Notes: generated by a model from the sequence alone, not told the origin. A stretch of 45,284 bases of DNA from Methanothermococcus sp. SCGC AD-155-E23 (GCA_019561615.1 JAHEQA010000006.1:1-45284); one strand, 5' to 3'; counted from the first letter of the stretch, positions 1-10,313 are shown. Numbers and translations are program-made.

Positions 1-624
1 TACTTCATCTCAGCAATAGGTGCTGGGATAGAGATATTCGGGAAATACAAAGAGATTCAAGACTACCAGGGTAACAAGATAGAGATATCCCAGATGCTGG
101 AGATCCTCCGAAATATAGTAACTGATTACGCCGTGAGAAGAATACTCCGGGATGGAATATCTCAGGAATTAACCCCTCTCACCAGGTTCTATATCCTCTG
201 GAGATGGAGCTATGGAGAGGCCAAGGTACACTACGACGATGCCCGGAAACTGGCACAGTCAGTGGGACTTTCTCTAGAGAAGGAATGGAATAAGGGATTC
301 ATAAAGAGGGAGAAGGAGTACATAAGGGTTCTAGGACCCCAGGATAGAAAGTTAGAGGAGATAAGGGTAAGAGACCTTATCGACGAGATACATAGAGCCC
401 TCCTCCTATGGAAAAACAATAGAAAAGAGGAGCTCCTGGAACTCCTGGAGAACAGTAGATACGTAAGCAGGGGAGTATTCTACCAGGTAGCCCAGGCCAT
501 CTCAGAGACACTACCTATAGAGAGCACGGAGAAGAAACTCCTAGACGGCTTCCTAAGCAGCATGGATAAACTAATAAGTGAGGTAGAGGATATCAGGAGA
601 CAGAAGAAACTCACGGAATACTAA
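1..624 (+). CDS. DUF1156-type adenine DNA methyltransferase, C-terminal part (starts before the window)
   Basis: Frame is open from base 1 (YFISAIGAGIEIFGKY...). FISAIG..E.FGKY and TRFYILWRW..G.....DDARKLA resemble DUF1156 methylase C-termini, and a DUF499 gene follows directly. Catalytic motifs lie outside the window. Confidence 0.72.
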   Translation, partial: YFISAIGAGIEIFGKYKEIQDYQGNKIEISQMLEILRNIVTDYAVRRILRDGISQELTPLTRFYILWRWSYGEAKVHYDDARKLAQSVGLSLEKEWNKGFIKREKEYIRVLGPQDRKLEEIRVRDLIDEIHRALLLWKNNRKEELLELLENSRYVSRGVFYQVAQAISETLPIESTEKKLLDGFLSSMDKLISEVEDIRRQKKLTEY

Positions 625-637
625 AAAGGTGATTATT

Positions 638-3193
638 ATGAAGGCATTCAATCAGATAGCCATACCTCATGAGGATATAAGGGAAGGAAGATTAACAATG
701 GACATCTTTGCCGCCGATCTCTGGCAGGTGGTAAAGGGTACAGCACCTAGAGACTACCAAGACCCAGATGTCTTCTTCAGAAAAACTCACATTACAAAGG
801 GCTTAAAAAATATCCTTCAGGTTGCAGAATCTAGACTTAAGGGAAGGGGAGGAGATGCCGTTATCCAGTTACAAACACCCTTTGGAGGTGGTAAGACCCA
901 CACCTTAATAGCCCTCTATCACAAGGCCAGGGAGTGGGGGGCCAACGTAGTGGTATTTGAAGGTACTAATTTCGATGCAAAGGAGACTAGAATATGGGAG
1001 GAGTTGGAGAGACAGTTGACAGGAAAGGTTGAACTAACAAAGGGGGACACAGCCCCTGGGAAGGAGAAAATTATCAAACTCCTCTCAGAAAATGCACCGG
1101 TACTGATACTCATAGATGAACTCCTGGAGTATATAACAAAGGCTGCTGGAGTAAAGGTTGGAGATTCCAATTTAGCCTCCCAGACATACGCCTTTATCCA
1201 GGAGTTAACTGAAGCAGTACGTGCCGTTGGAAATGCCATGCTAGTTATAACCCTTACCTCAAGTACCCTGGAACAGTACGATGAAAAGGCAGAGGAGGCA
1301 CTTAACAGACTTCAGAAAATCCTTGGAAGAACTGAGAAGATATATACACCTGTAAGTGACGAGGATATAGTCCCTGTAGTGATAAAGAGATTATTTAGCA
1401 GGATAGATAAGAAGGAGGCTAAAAAGATAGTAGATGAATTTGTAGATTACATAGAACAGGAGGGGGTCCTATCCAAGGAGGAGGCTGCCCGCTACAGGGA
1501 GAAATTCTTAGAGAGCTATCCCTTTAAACCTGAGGTAATAGAGATACTCTACAAGAGATGGGGATCCTTTCCAAGTTTTCAGAGGACAAGGGGGGTCCTG
1601 AGACTTCTATCCCTGGTGGTCTACCATATGCTAGACAGGGGGGTACCCTTTATAAGACTTGGAGACTTCGACCTAAGTAACGAGGAGATTAGGAGGGAGT
1701 TGATAAAGCACATCGGTAATGAGTGGGACAGTATAATATACAGTGATATCACCGCCGAGGATTCTGGAGCTAAAATAGTAGATAAGATGGTAGGAAGTAC
1801 CTATAGACCTTACAAACTTGGAACAGTGGTAGCTACCACCATATTTATGACCTCTTTCTCTGGCAGGGGGGAGAGAGGAGTAACCATGAAGGAGTTGAAG
1901 CTCTATACCCCCCTTCCAGTATTCCCGGCAAGTATAATAGACACAGTACTTGGCTACCTCAGGGAGAGACTGTTCTACCTCTCAGATGAGGGTCTCTACT
2001 TTGTAACACAGCCCAATCTAAATAGGATAATCCTAACCTATGAGGAGAACATATCACCTGAAGAGTTGTACGAGGAGGAGCGCAGCCTACTGGAAAAGAA
2101 CATCTCATACAAACCTAAGTTTAAGGTATACATCCATCCAAAGTTTCCAAGGGATATAGCAGATGATCCAGAATTAAAACTCCTTATAATGAAAAATGAT
2201 CAGGTAGATAGGGAGTTTGTAGAGAAGTACGGGGAGAGTCCAAGGATATACAGGAACACCCTCATATTCCTATGTCCTGACGAGAACTACAGAATGGACT
2301 TCCAGAAGGATCTAAGGAAATACCTGGCACTGAGGAGGATTAAGGAAGAAAAGCTAGATGAACTGACAAAATCCCAGCAAGAGGAGGTTAAGAGGAAGTT
2401 TGGAGATATTAAAAATAGACTTTATTCAAGTCTAAGGGAGTTCTACAGAAGGATATTCCTACCAGAGAGAGAGGGATTCGAGATAGTGGAAATGGAACGT
2501 CCCCATCCAGGGTCAGAGGATAAGTTGGACGAGGCTGTCTACGATAAGTTGAAATCTGAGGGCTATATAGTAGATGAGATAAGCCCTCGGATAATAAAGG
2601 ATAGATATCTAAGGGACAGAGACTACCTAGAAATCAAAAAGCTTTATGAGTCCCTTTTGAAGATCCCTGGAGAGCTAAGAATAGCATCCAAGGAAGGTTT
2701 CATAAGATCTATAAAGGAGGGGGTAAAAGAGGGATACTTTGGATATGGGAAATTAATAGATGGAAGGATAGAGGTTATCACAATTGGAGAGACTCCAGAT
2801 ATCCAACTATCTGAGGAAGAGGTAATAGTAAAACCTGAACTATGTGTCAGAGAGGAGAAGGAGGAGAAACCTGTAGAAACACCTCCAGTAGAAAGTAAGG
2901 AAGAGATCACTGAAGAGGTAAAACACCCGCCTAGATCAAAGGCGGTGGAAGAGGGTGTTTATAGGGATATAACATTGAGGCTTGAAATCCCCCTGGACTC
3001 CCCTTCAAATGTATACAAGGTATTTTCAACTATACTTAATATCCTTAAATGTCTAAAAAGTAAGTTCAAAAACTGTGAAATGGAGGTTACCATCAGGGCT
3101 AAAGATGGGGAGATAAGTAAATCCGATTATGAGAATGTTATTGTAGAGGCTCTTAGACAGTGTAACATCTCCTTTAAAGTGGATAAAAAATAA
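638..3193 (+). CDS. DUF499 family AAA+ ATPase (restriction-like defence component)
   Basis: N-terminal PHEDI..G....FAADL, Walker A QTPFGGGKTH, Walker B LILIDE, YPFKPE and FQRTRGVLRLL. ATG at 638 follows a GGTGA RBS. Confidence 0.88.
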   Translation: MKAFNQIAIPHEDIREGRLTMDIFAADLWQVVKGTAPRDYQDPDVFFRKTHITKGLKNILQVAESRLKGRGGDAVIQLQTPFGGGKTHTLIALYHKAREWGANVVVFEGTNFDAKETRIWEELERQLTGKVELTKGDTAPGKEKIIKLLSENAPVLILIDELLEYITKAAGVKVGDSNLASQTYAFIQELTEAVRAVGNAMLVITLTSSTLEQYDEKAEEALNRLQKILGRTEKIYTPVSDEDIVPVVIKRLFSRIDKKEAKKIVDEFVDYIEQEGVLSKEEAARYREKFLESYPFKPEVIEILYKRWGSFPSFQRTRGVLRLLSLVVYHMLDRGVPFIRLGDFDLSNEEIRRELIKHIGNEWDSIIYSDITAEDSGAKIVDKMVGSTYRPYKLGTVVATTIFMTSFSGRGERGVTMKELKLYTPLPVFPASIIDTVLGYLRERLFYLSDEGLYFVTQPNLNRIILTYEENISPEELYEEERSLLEKNISYKPKFKVYIHPKFPRDIADDPELKLLIMKNDQVDREFVEKYGESPRIYRNTLIFLCPDENYRMDFQKDLRKYLALRRIKEEKLDELTKSQQEEVKRKFGDIKNRLYSSLREFYRRIFLPEREGFEIVEMERPHPGSEDKLDEAVYDKLKSEGYIVDEISPRIIKDRYLRDRDYLEIKKLYESLLKIPGELRIASKEGFIRSIKEGVKEGYFGYGKLIDGRIEVITIGETPDIQLSEEEVIVKPELCVREEKEEKPVETPPVESKEEITEEVKHPPRSKAVEEGVYRDITLRLEIPLDSPSNVYKVFSTILNILKCLKSKFKNCEMEVTIRAKDGEISKSDYENVIVEALRQCNISFKVDKK

Positions 3194-3202
3194 CTATTCC
3201 TA

Positions 3203-3209
3203 TTTTTTT
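3203..3209 (+). terminator. Oligo-T tract, possible archaeal terminator after the DUF499 gene
   Basis: T7 run 10 nt after the stop codon. Confidence 0.35.
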
Positions 3210-3220
3210 GGTGGTAAGAG

Positions 3221-4591
3221 ATGGATTTAGAGTACTACCTGGAGAAACTTGAGAACCTGTCCCTGGATGCCTACTGGGATATAAGGGTGATAAACAACAG
3301 GTCCAACAACATCATAGTGAAGGATGGGGAGATAGAGGAGATATCCTCAGGTAAAACCTCTGGAGTTGCAGTTAGAGTACTTTACAAAAATGGATGGGGG
3401 TATGGAAGTTCCCACAGGACAGACTTTGAAGAGGTAAAAACACTTTTGGAGAGGGCCTACAGGAGGGCTAAACTCTCCAATGAGCACTCAAAGAAGAGGG
3501 TAGTACTTAAGGATGTGAAGGTATACAGGGATAGGGTAAGGTGCCAGGGGAGGATAAACCCTGAGGATATAGGTATAGAGGAGAAGATGGAGTATATTTT
3601 GGAGACCCATAAAAACCTGTTAGATAGGGAGGGGAAGATAGTAAGTACCTCGGTGCTCTACTCAGATGTCCAGGGGGACTCCCTATTTCTAAGTAGTGAA
3701 GGAGCCCTGATAAGGGAGGAGACCAGTAGGGTATTTATGAGTATAAGTGCAGTTGCAAGGGATAACTCCAATATACAGTATGCCTCAGAGCGTATTGGAG
3801 GCTACGGCTTCGAGGTTGTAAAGGAGGGTAACATTGAGAATTTAGCCAGGAACACCAGGGAGAGGGCTATAAGGTTACTTGGGGCAAAACCATGTCCAAA
3901 GGGGGAGTTCAAGGTTGTACTAGATCCTGAACTTGCAGGAGTCTTTATCCACGAGGCTGTAGGTCACGCCTCAGAGGCTGACCTGGTACTCCAGAGGGAC
4001 AGTGTATTCAGGGACAAGATAGGTGAGAGGGTTGGCAGTGACTACGTAACTGTTATAGACAACCCCCTTATAGAGGGGGCCTTTGGATATTATAAATACG
4101 ACAGTGAAGGTGTGAAGGGCAGGGAGACTGTTATAATAGAGGAGGGTATCTTGAAAAGTTACCTTCACAGTAGGGAGACTGCAGGGCGGCTGAATATGGA
4201 GGTTACAGGGAATGGGAGGGCAGAGGGGTTAAATAGACCACTGGTTAGAATGAGTAACACCTATATAAAGCCTGGGGATTGGGGTTTTGAGGAGTTGATA
4301 GAGGATACAGGGAATGGTATCTTCCTCAGGGGTTCCCGTGGGGGACAGGTGGATACAGGTAAAGGTCTCTTCCAATTCAATGCAGTGGAGGCATTTTTAA
4401 TTGAGAATGGGGAACTTACAACACCCTTGAGGGATGCAGGTCTCAGTGGGGAGATAATGGAGATACTTCATAACGTAGATGGTGTTACAAGGGAGTTTAA
4501 ACTAAGTGTTGGATACTGTGGTAAAAATGGACAGAGTGTACCAGTGGGAGATGGGGGAGGGAGTATAAGAACTAAAACAGTAATAAGCTGA
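3221..4591 (+). CDS. tldD: TldD/PmbA family metalloprotease (TldD)
   Basis: HEAVGHASEAD metal motif, RMSNT, and C-terminal GYCGKNGQSVPVGDGG. Confidence 0.92.
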   Translation: MDLEYYLEKLENLSLDAYWDIRVINNRSNNIIVKDGEIEEISSGKTSGVAVRVLYKNGWGYGSSHRTDFEEVKTLLERAYRRAKLSNEHSKKRVVLKDVKVYRDRVRCQGRINPEDIGIEEKMEYILETHKNLLDREGKIVSTSVLYSDVQGDSLFLSSEGALIREETSRVFMSISAVARDNSNIQYASERIGGYGFEVVKEGNIENLARNTRERAIRLLGAKPCPKGEFKVVLDPELAGVFIHEAVGHASEADLVLQRDSVFRDKIGERVGSDYVTVIDNPLIEGAFGYYKYDSEGVKGRETVIIEEGILKSYLHSRETAGRLNMEVTGNGRAEGLNRPLVRMSNTYIKPGDWGFEELIEDTGNGIFLRGSRGGQVDTGKGLFQFNAVEAFLIENGELTTPLRDAGLSGEIMEILHNVDGVTREFKLSVGYCGKNGQSVPVGDGGGSIRTKTVIS

Positions 4592-4599
4592 GGGATAGG

Positions 4600-5880
4600 A
4601 TGATACTTATAAGGGATGTTAGACTACTGGAGTGTAATGGCAACTGGGACATCCTTGTAGAGGGGAACAGGATAAAGAGGATAGGAAGGAACTTGATAGA
4701 GAAGGAGGGTATTGAGGACAGGGATATAGAGGTAATAGATGGAAGGAACATGGTGGCAATCCCAGGACTTGTAAACACCCATACCCACATACCTATGACC
4801 CTGTTCCGTGGAGTTGCAGATGACATCCCCCTAATGGAGTGGCTGAACAACTACATCTGGAAGATGGAGTCTAAGTTAAACGAGGAGCTGGTCTATATAG
4901 GCACACTCCTTGGAGCCATAGAGATGATAAAAAGTGGTACAACTACATTTAACGATATGTACTTCTATCTAGATGGGATAGTAAAGGGGGTACTTGAAAG
5001 TGGTATAAGGGCTGTCCTCTCCTACGGTATGATAGATCTGTTCCAGGAGGATAGAAGGGAGAGGGAGATAAAGAACAGTGAAAAAACAGTGAAGAAGATA
5101 ATGAAGCTGGACAATCCAAGGATAAAAGCTGCCATAGGTCCTCATGCACCCTACACCTGCTCCAGGGAACTTTTAACAGCTGCCCATGAGATGGCAAGAA
5201 AATACAGTATCCCCATCCACATACACATGAACGAGACTCTAGATGAGATAAAGATGATAAAGGAAAAGACAGGAATGAGACCCTTTGAGTATCTAGATTC
5301 CATAGGGTTCTTTGAGGGGGTAAGGGTAATTGCAGCCCACTGTGTCCATCTCTCAGATAGGGAGATAGGGATTATGGAAAAGAGGGATGTTGTAGTATCT
5401 CACAACCCTATAAGTAATTTAAAGTTGGCCTCAGGTATTGCACCTATTCCAAAACTTCTAGAGAGGGATATCCCTGTCACCCTTGGAACAGATGGCTGTG
5501 GCAGTAACAACAACCTGAACCTCTTTGAGGAGATAAAGATGGCCTCCCTTATACACAAGGGGGTATCCCTTGACCCCACCCTGGTACCTGGGGAGGTCTC
5601 CTTTAAATTCGCCACGTTAAATGGAGGAAGGGCCTTAAACTTGGAGGTTGGAGTGTTGAAGGAGGGGTATTTAGCAGATATAGTACTTATAGATCTTAGA
5701 AAACCCTATCTAATACCAGTTGAAAACTTAAAATCCCATTTAGTCTACGCCTTCAAGGGGGTTGTTGATACTGTACTGATAGATGGGAAGGTGGTTTTAA
5801 GGGATGGAAAGATGACCAGTATCCAGGAGCATAAGGTATATGAGATGGCTGAAAAGGCCTATAGGAAGTTAGTAGATTAA
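4600..5880 (+). CDS. dadD: 5'-deoxyadenosine/MTA/SAH deaminase (amidohydrolase)
   Basis: PGLVNTHTH, PHAPYTCS, HIHMNET, AAHCV, SNLKLASG and LGTDG..SNN motifs. Confidence 0.82.
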   Translation: MILIRDVRLLECNGNWDILVEGNRIKRIGRNLIEKEGIEDRDIEVIDGRNMVAIPGLVNTHTHIPMTLFRGVADDIPLMEWLNNYIWKMESKLNEELVYIGTLLGAIEMIKSGTTTFNDMYFYLDGIVKGVLESGIRAVLSYGMIDLFQEDRREREIKNSEKTVKKIMKLDNPRIKAAIGPHAPYTCSRELLTAAHEMARKYSIPIHIHMNETLDEIKMIKEKTGMRPFEYLDSIGFFEGVRVIAAHCVHLSDREIGIMEKRDVVVSHNPISNLKLASGIAPIPKLLERDIPVTLGTDGCGSNNNLNLFEEIKMASLIHKGVSLDPTLVPGEVSFKFATLNGGRALNLEVGVLKEGYLADIVLIDLRKPYLIPVENLKSHLVYAFKGVVDTVLIDGKVVLRDGKMTSIQEHKVYEMAEKAYRKLVD

Positions 5881-6953
5881 ATAAATCTCCCGTACTTGTA
5901 GAATATATTACAGGTGCCCTCCTCGGAGACCATACAACTTCCCACAGGGTTGAGAGGGGTGCAATACCTCCCAAACAACTTACAGTCTGTAGGTAACTTC
6001 TCACCCCTAAGTATCTCCCCACATATACAGTTACTGTTTACTACCTCCTTCATCTCAGGTATATCCTCCTGGTAGTAGATGTCAAACTCTCTATACTTTT
6101 CCCTAAGTTTTAGCCCCCCATTTTTTATCACTGGAAAACCTCTCCAAGGTATATCCACAGGTTCAAATACCTCCTTTATCAGTTTCTGGGCCATGGGGTT
6201 TCCCCCCTCCCTAACAGCCCTCCTGTACTCATTCTCCACCTTACACTCCCCTTCCACCAGTTGTCTCAGTATCATCACTATAGACATTAACACATCTACA
6301 GGTTCAAAACCTGCCACCACCATGGGAACTCTATACCTACTAGATAGTTCATAGTAGGGTTTTAACCCTGTAACAGTGGAGACGTGACCTGGACATATGA
6401 AACCCTGGATGTTACTACCCTCCTCAAGTAGGAACTCTACAACTGGTGGTATCTGCCTATGACAGTTTAACACGTAGAAGTTATCTATCCCCTTGGATTT
6501 AACACTGAGGACCTCGGCTGCAGTTGTTGGTGCTGTTGTTTCAAATCCAATAGCTATGAATACTACCTCCCTTCCCTCCCTCTCTGCTATCTTCACTGCA
6601 TCCCCTATTCCATAGACTATCCTTATATCTGCCCCCTCAGATTGTAACTCCATAAGGGACTTCTTACTACCAGGTACCCTGTACATATCCCCTAAAGTTG
6701 CCACCGTATACCCTTCCTCAGCAAGATATATGGCAGTATCTATCTCCCCCTGGGTAGTTACACATACTGGACATCCTGGACCTGGGACGACAGATATATT
6801 TTCAGGTAGTACATCCCTTATCCCGTATCTACATATGACATGTTCATGGGATCCACAGAGGTGCATTATTTTAATACTATCTAATTTACTGGAGAGTTTT
6901 TTTATTACTTCAATGGATCTTTTTATGACTCTTCTATCGTTGACATCTATCAT
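5877..6953 (-). CDS. hypD: Hydrogenase maturation protein HypD
   Basis: CGSHEH, GPGCPVC, GFETT, PGHVS and C-terminal Fe-S cysteines (CMVSEEGTC). Start placed at ATG 6953 (MIDVND) after GTGA. Confidence 0.95.
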   Translation of the reverse strand: MIDVNDRRVIKRSIEVIKKLSSKLDSIKIMHLCGSHEHVICRYGIRDVLPENISVVPGPGCPVCVTTQGEIDTAIYLAEEGYTVATLGDMYRVPGSKKSLMELQSEGADIRIVYGIGDAVKIAEREGREVVFIAIGFETTAPTTAAEVLSVKSKGIDNFYVLNCHRQIPPVVEFLLEEGSNIQGFICPGHVSTVTGLKPYYELSSRYRVPMVVAGFEPVDVLMSIVMILRQLVEGECKVENEYRRAVREGGNPMAQKLIKEVFEPVDIPWRGFPVIKNGGLKLREKYREFDIYYQEDIPEMKEVVNSNCICGEILRGEKLPTDCKLFGRYCTPLNPVGSCMVSEEGTCNIFYKYGRFI

Positions 6954-6967
6954 TCTTTCACGTTTAA

Positions 6968-7080
6968 TACTGATTCGTATCTCCATCCTCTGTGGCGTCA
7001 ATTGCCCTTGAATTGTAGAGTAGTTATCAGGGACGTAGATAGTGTCTCCATATAGGGAAAAAATAGAATTAAGAGAAGTT
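6968..7080 (-). pseudogene. Frameshifted relic of the N-terminus of a NosD/CASH (right-handed beta-helix) surface protein
   Basis: Minus strand reads GDTIYVPDNYSTIQ, then after a 1-nt frame break AIDATEDGDT, matching the IYVPDDY.TIQ.AID.A..GDTI motif. A hydrophobic LLLILFF stretch precedes it in another frame. Confidence 0.7.
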
Positions 7081-7084
7081 TAAT

Positions 7085-8839
7085 TTAACAGTACCTCCTC
7101 CTCTTCTCCACCTCATCCATGTAGTCAACAACCTTCTTCCACTCCCTGTAAACCTTATATCCCTCAAGTATCCTATCCCACACCTCCTCAAATACCCTGT
7201 AGTGGGTACTCATTATAGACTTCTTCAGTACTATGAGATCTATAGCCTTATCTTCCAGCATACTTGAGAACTTCCCTAACCCAAAGTCTATAATATAGAC
7301 TTTATTCTTTTCCAGAAGTTCCCTATCAATCTTAAGACTGTCCTTATCCTCTTTACTATAGCCCAAATCCCCCTGATTAAGATCACTAGATAACCTATGG
7401 TCTTTACTGTCCTCAGTATCTTTCCCAATGCCATTGGTACCACTCTCCTTCACCACTATAAAGTTAGATGTTGTAAGGTCGTTATGGACTATATCCCTTT
7501 CATGGAGTTTCCCTACTATTACACCGATGTTGTAGCAACAGTCTAAGTTACCCCTCTCTATCTCCTCCTTTGCAAGGTTCCCAGGAATATAGCTCATAGT
7601 TAGGGTATATCTCTTCTTATCTATGTCCCATATATAGGGAGAGAGGATACCATAATCTTTAACGAGATATAGGAACCTCCCCTCCCTTACAGTTCTCCTC
7701 AACCTTATAATAGTGTCCAACTCCTCCAACCTATACCTCTTCTTCACCCTCTCCTTTACAACACACTCCCAGCCTAGGTAGGAGGCCCTCCTTATATCTG
7801 CCTCTGCCCCCTTCCCTATAAGATGCTCTGGTATTCTCCTCCTCTTCCCTTCATACTCCTTTTCATCTATCCAGGTCACCTCTACAGTGTCACTTCTATA
7901 GTTGGGGATAGGTTTTGTCTCCTCTATGGACATCCTCCTTCCACTGAGATACATCAACAGTCCTAGATGTGCTATCATTACCCCGTTGTCTCCACAGAGG
8001 TCCCTCCTAGGTACGTAGAAGTCCACACCCTGCTCCTCACACATGTCCTTTAACATCTCCCTAAGCCTCTGATTAACTGCCACCCCTCCAACTAACATAA
8101 CCTCCCCCTTCTCTGTATGTGCCAGTGCCCTCTCTGTAATCTCTGTAAGCATGGAGAAGGCTACCTCCTGAAGGGAGAAACATACATCCTCCAACCTCTC
8201 CCCCTGCTGATACTTCTTTATGGCGGCAGTTAGTAACCCTGAAAAGGTAATGTCCATCCCCTTAATGGTGTAGGGCAAATCTAACAACTTCCTGCCCTTC
8301 CTGGCAAGTTGCTCCACGTATGGTCCCCCAGGATGAGGAAGTCCACAGTTCCTTGCAAATTGATCTAGACAGTTACCTATGGCGATGTCCAAGGTCTCTC
8401 CAAATATCCTGTACCTCCCTCCAACGTAGGCCAGTATCTGGGTGTTCCCACCACTTACATAGAGTGTCAAGGGGTCCTGGGCATCTGTAACCAACTTCCC
8501 AATCTCAACATGTGCTATACAGTGGTTGACACCGATAATAGGTTTCCCTAGTGCAAGTGCCAAGGTCCTGGCAGCAGTTGCAGTAACCCTAAGACTTGGA
8601 CCTAGTCCTGGTCCCTGGGAGAAGGCTATTAGATCTATCTCCTCCTTAGGTACATGTTCAAAGGCCTCCTTAATCAACTTTGGGAAGGTTTCTGCATGGT
8701 GATCTGCAGCCTCCCTTGGATTTATACCCTGTACTGGAGGCTTATACATTACAGTCTTGTTAAAGAGTATATTGCCCTCAGAGTCTATGATTCCCACCCC
8801 AGTTTTTTCCGCAGTACCCTCTAGTCCCAGAGCTATCAT
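7085..8839 (-). CDS. kae1: Bifunctional KEOPS protein Kae1-Bud32 (t6A synthase + kinase)
   Basis: Kae1 motifs [28 protein letters not shown] and DNGVMIA. Bud32 motifs [14 protein letters not shown] and DFGLG. Confidence 0.96.
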   Translation of the reverse strand: MIALGLEGTAEKTGVGIIDSEGNILFNKTVMYKPPVQGINPREAADHHAETFPKLIKEAFEHVPKEEIDLIAFSQGPGLGPSLRVTATAARTLALALGKPIIGVNHCIAHVEIGKLVTDAQDPLTLYVSGGNTQILAYVGGRYRIFGETLDIAIGNCLDQFARNCGLPHPGGPYVEQLARKGRKLLDLPYTIKGMDITFSGLLTAAIKKYQQGERLEDVCFSLQEVAFSMLTEITERALAHTEKGEVMLVGGVAVNQRLREMLKDMCEEQGVDFYVPRRDLCGDNGVMIAHLGLLMYLSGRRMSIEETKPIPNYRSDTVEVTWIDEKEYEGKRRRIPEHLIGKGAEADIRRASYLGWECVVKERVKKRYRLEELDTIIRLRRTVREGRFLYLVKDYGILSPYIWDIDKKRYTLTMSYIPGNLAKEEIERGNLDCCYNIGVIVGKLHERDIVHNDLTTSNFIVVKESGTNGIGKDTEDSKDHRLSSDLNQGDLGYSKEDKDSLKIDRELLEKNKVYIIDFGLGKFSSMLEDKAIDLIVLKKSIMSTHYRVFEEVWDRILEGYKVYREWKKVVDYMDEVEKRRRYC

Positions 8840-8848
8840 ACTATCACC

Positions 8849-10243
8849 TCAACCCTCCAATACAGAGTAGTCGTATCTGTAGATCCCCCTTACCTTTACA
8901 ACCTCCTCCCTTATTAAACCTGAGAATATTAACTTCTGAAGTTCATTTAAAAACTCTGATTCCGATAACCCCCTCTCCTTTACAATACTTAGTAGTCTTC
9001 TCCTCCCCCTTATCCTGTCCTCCCTTCTAAGGATATCCAGGATTGGACTTTCCCTACACCTATCCCTGAATTGAAGGAGTATCTCCCGTAGATGGTTGAT
9101 ATCTATCTTCTCCCTTAACTCCTTACACCTATCTGGAGGACTGTACAACCTTACATCCCAGGATCTCATATAGGCCCATTTTAGATTCCTTGCAAGAGGG
9201 GATATCTCATCTAACCTATACCTCCTCTCACCTGAAAGTACTGTAATCCGATGTTCACTTATCTTGGGGTAAGGGGGTATGTCCAGGAATAGAGTTGTGT
9301 TAAACCTTTCCGAGAGCTCCTCCTCTATCTTCCTTATCTCCTCCTCTCCCAGGTTTATCAGTATCCACTTCTCGTAGGGTGATAACTGGTTGTACTTAGC
9401 TACAAGTACATTCTTAAACAACTCCCTCCTGTCAAGCATCCTGATCAATTTATTGCCCTCTCCCTCAGATCTTCTCAGGATACTTATTAGATCTATGTCG
9501 TCCATCTTAGAGAGGTCCTTCACCTGGAAGAGTCCCTCCTCTATTCCATAGATAACGGCATTCTTCAACATGGTCTCAGAGATCCTTGAGGTGGGATGCA
9601 TATACACAGAGGTGTACATCTGATACCTGGCTATGAGGAGGGACTCTGCCGCAACTACCCCCTTCTCCAGTATACCTAACTTAGGTTTACCCTCCTCGAA
9701 GAGGACTATACACCTAATCAGCCTGTTGTAGTCTATAGATCCATATGCCACTCCAGTGTGATAACTGTCCCTTAGAAGGTAGTCTATCCTGTCTATGTCT
9801 ATGTCCCCACCTATCAAGGATCCCTCAGGCCCCTTACACTGTAGTACCTCTATAACCTCCCTTGGGGAGTAGTTCTCAATTTCCAGATTTTTTATTATCC
9901 TCCTGGTATAGTACTCGTGGTTGTAGCCTCTAATCTCTAGGGAGTGGGAGAAGGGTGGATGACCTATGTCGTGAAGTAGGGCCGATATCCTTATTAAGTT
10001 ACAGTCCACACCCTCTAAACCCTTGGATACCTCCCCTGCAATATGCATGGCACCTAGGGAGTGTTCAAAACGGGTATGGGTTGCACTGGGGTATACCATA
10101 TAGGTTAATCCAGTTTGCTTTATATTCCTCAGCCTCTGGAACTCTTGGGTGTCTATCAAGGATATCTCACTACTACTAACATGGATGTCGTAGTATATTG
10201 GATCCCGAATTATCTTATCCCCTGTCATATTAAATAGTCTCAT
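8849..10243 (-). CDS. HD-domain phosphohydrolase (SAMHD1/dNTP triphosphohydrolase-like) with a C-terminal extension
   Basis: RDPIY, FQRLRNIKQ.G, HTRFEHSLG, LLHDIGH.PFSH, DIDRIDYLLRD and RYQMY..VY.H. Confidence 0.88.
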   Translation of the reverse strand: MRLFNMTGDKIIRDPIYYDIHVSSSEISLIDTQEFQRLRNIKQTGLTYMVYPSATHTRFEHSLGAMHIAGEVSKGLEGVDCNLIRISALLHDIGHPPFSHSLEIRGYNHEYYTRRIIKNLEIENYSPREVIEVLQCKGPEGSLIGGDIDIDRIDYLLRDSYHTGVAYGSIDYNRLIRCIVLFEEGKPKLGILEKGVVAAESLLIARYQMYTSVYMHPTSRISETMLKNAVIYGIEEGLFQVKDLSKMDDIDLISILRRSEGEGNKLIRMLDRRELFKNVLVAKYNQLSPYEKWILINLGEEEIRKIEEELSERFNTTLFLDIPPYPKISEHRITVLSGERRYRLDEISPLARNLKWAYMRSWDVRLYSPPDRCKELREKIDINHLREILLQFRDRCRESPILDILRREDRIRGRRRLLSIVKERGLSESEFLNELQKLIFSGLIREEVVKVRGIYRYDYSVLEG

Positions 10244-10264
10244 ATTTTAATATATAAATACATA

Positions 10265-10282
10265 ACCGAAAAGTATATATAT
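10265..10282 (+). promoter_or_regulatory. BRE + TATA box of the tRNA promoter
   Basis: ACCGAAAAGTATATATAT about 30 nt upstream of the tRNA, typical of methanococcal stable-RNA promoters. Confidence 0.75.
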
Positions 10283-10313
10283 GTGGTGGCGGATCTATAG
10301 ATATCGCTATTGA

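Noticed and set aside
7306-7450. Bud32 insertion as a mini-intein
   Set aside because: It is too short and lacks the Cys/Ser...His-Asn splice-junction motifs.
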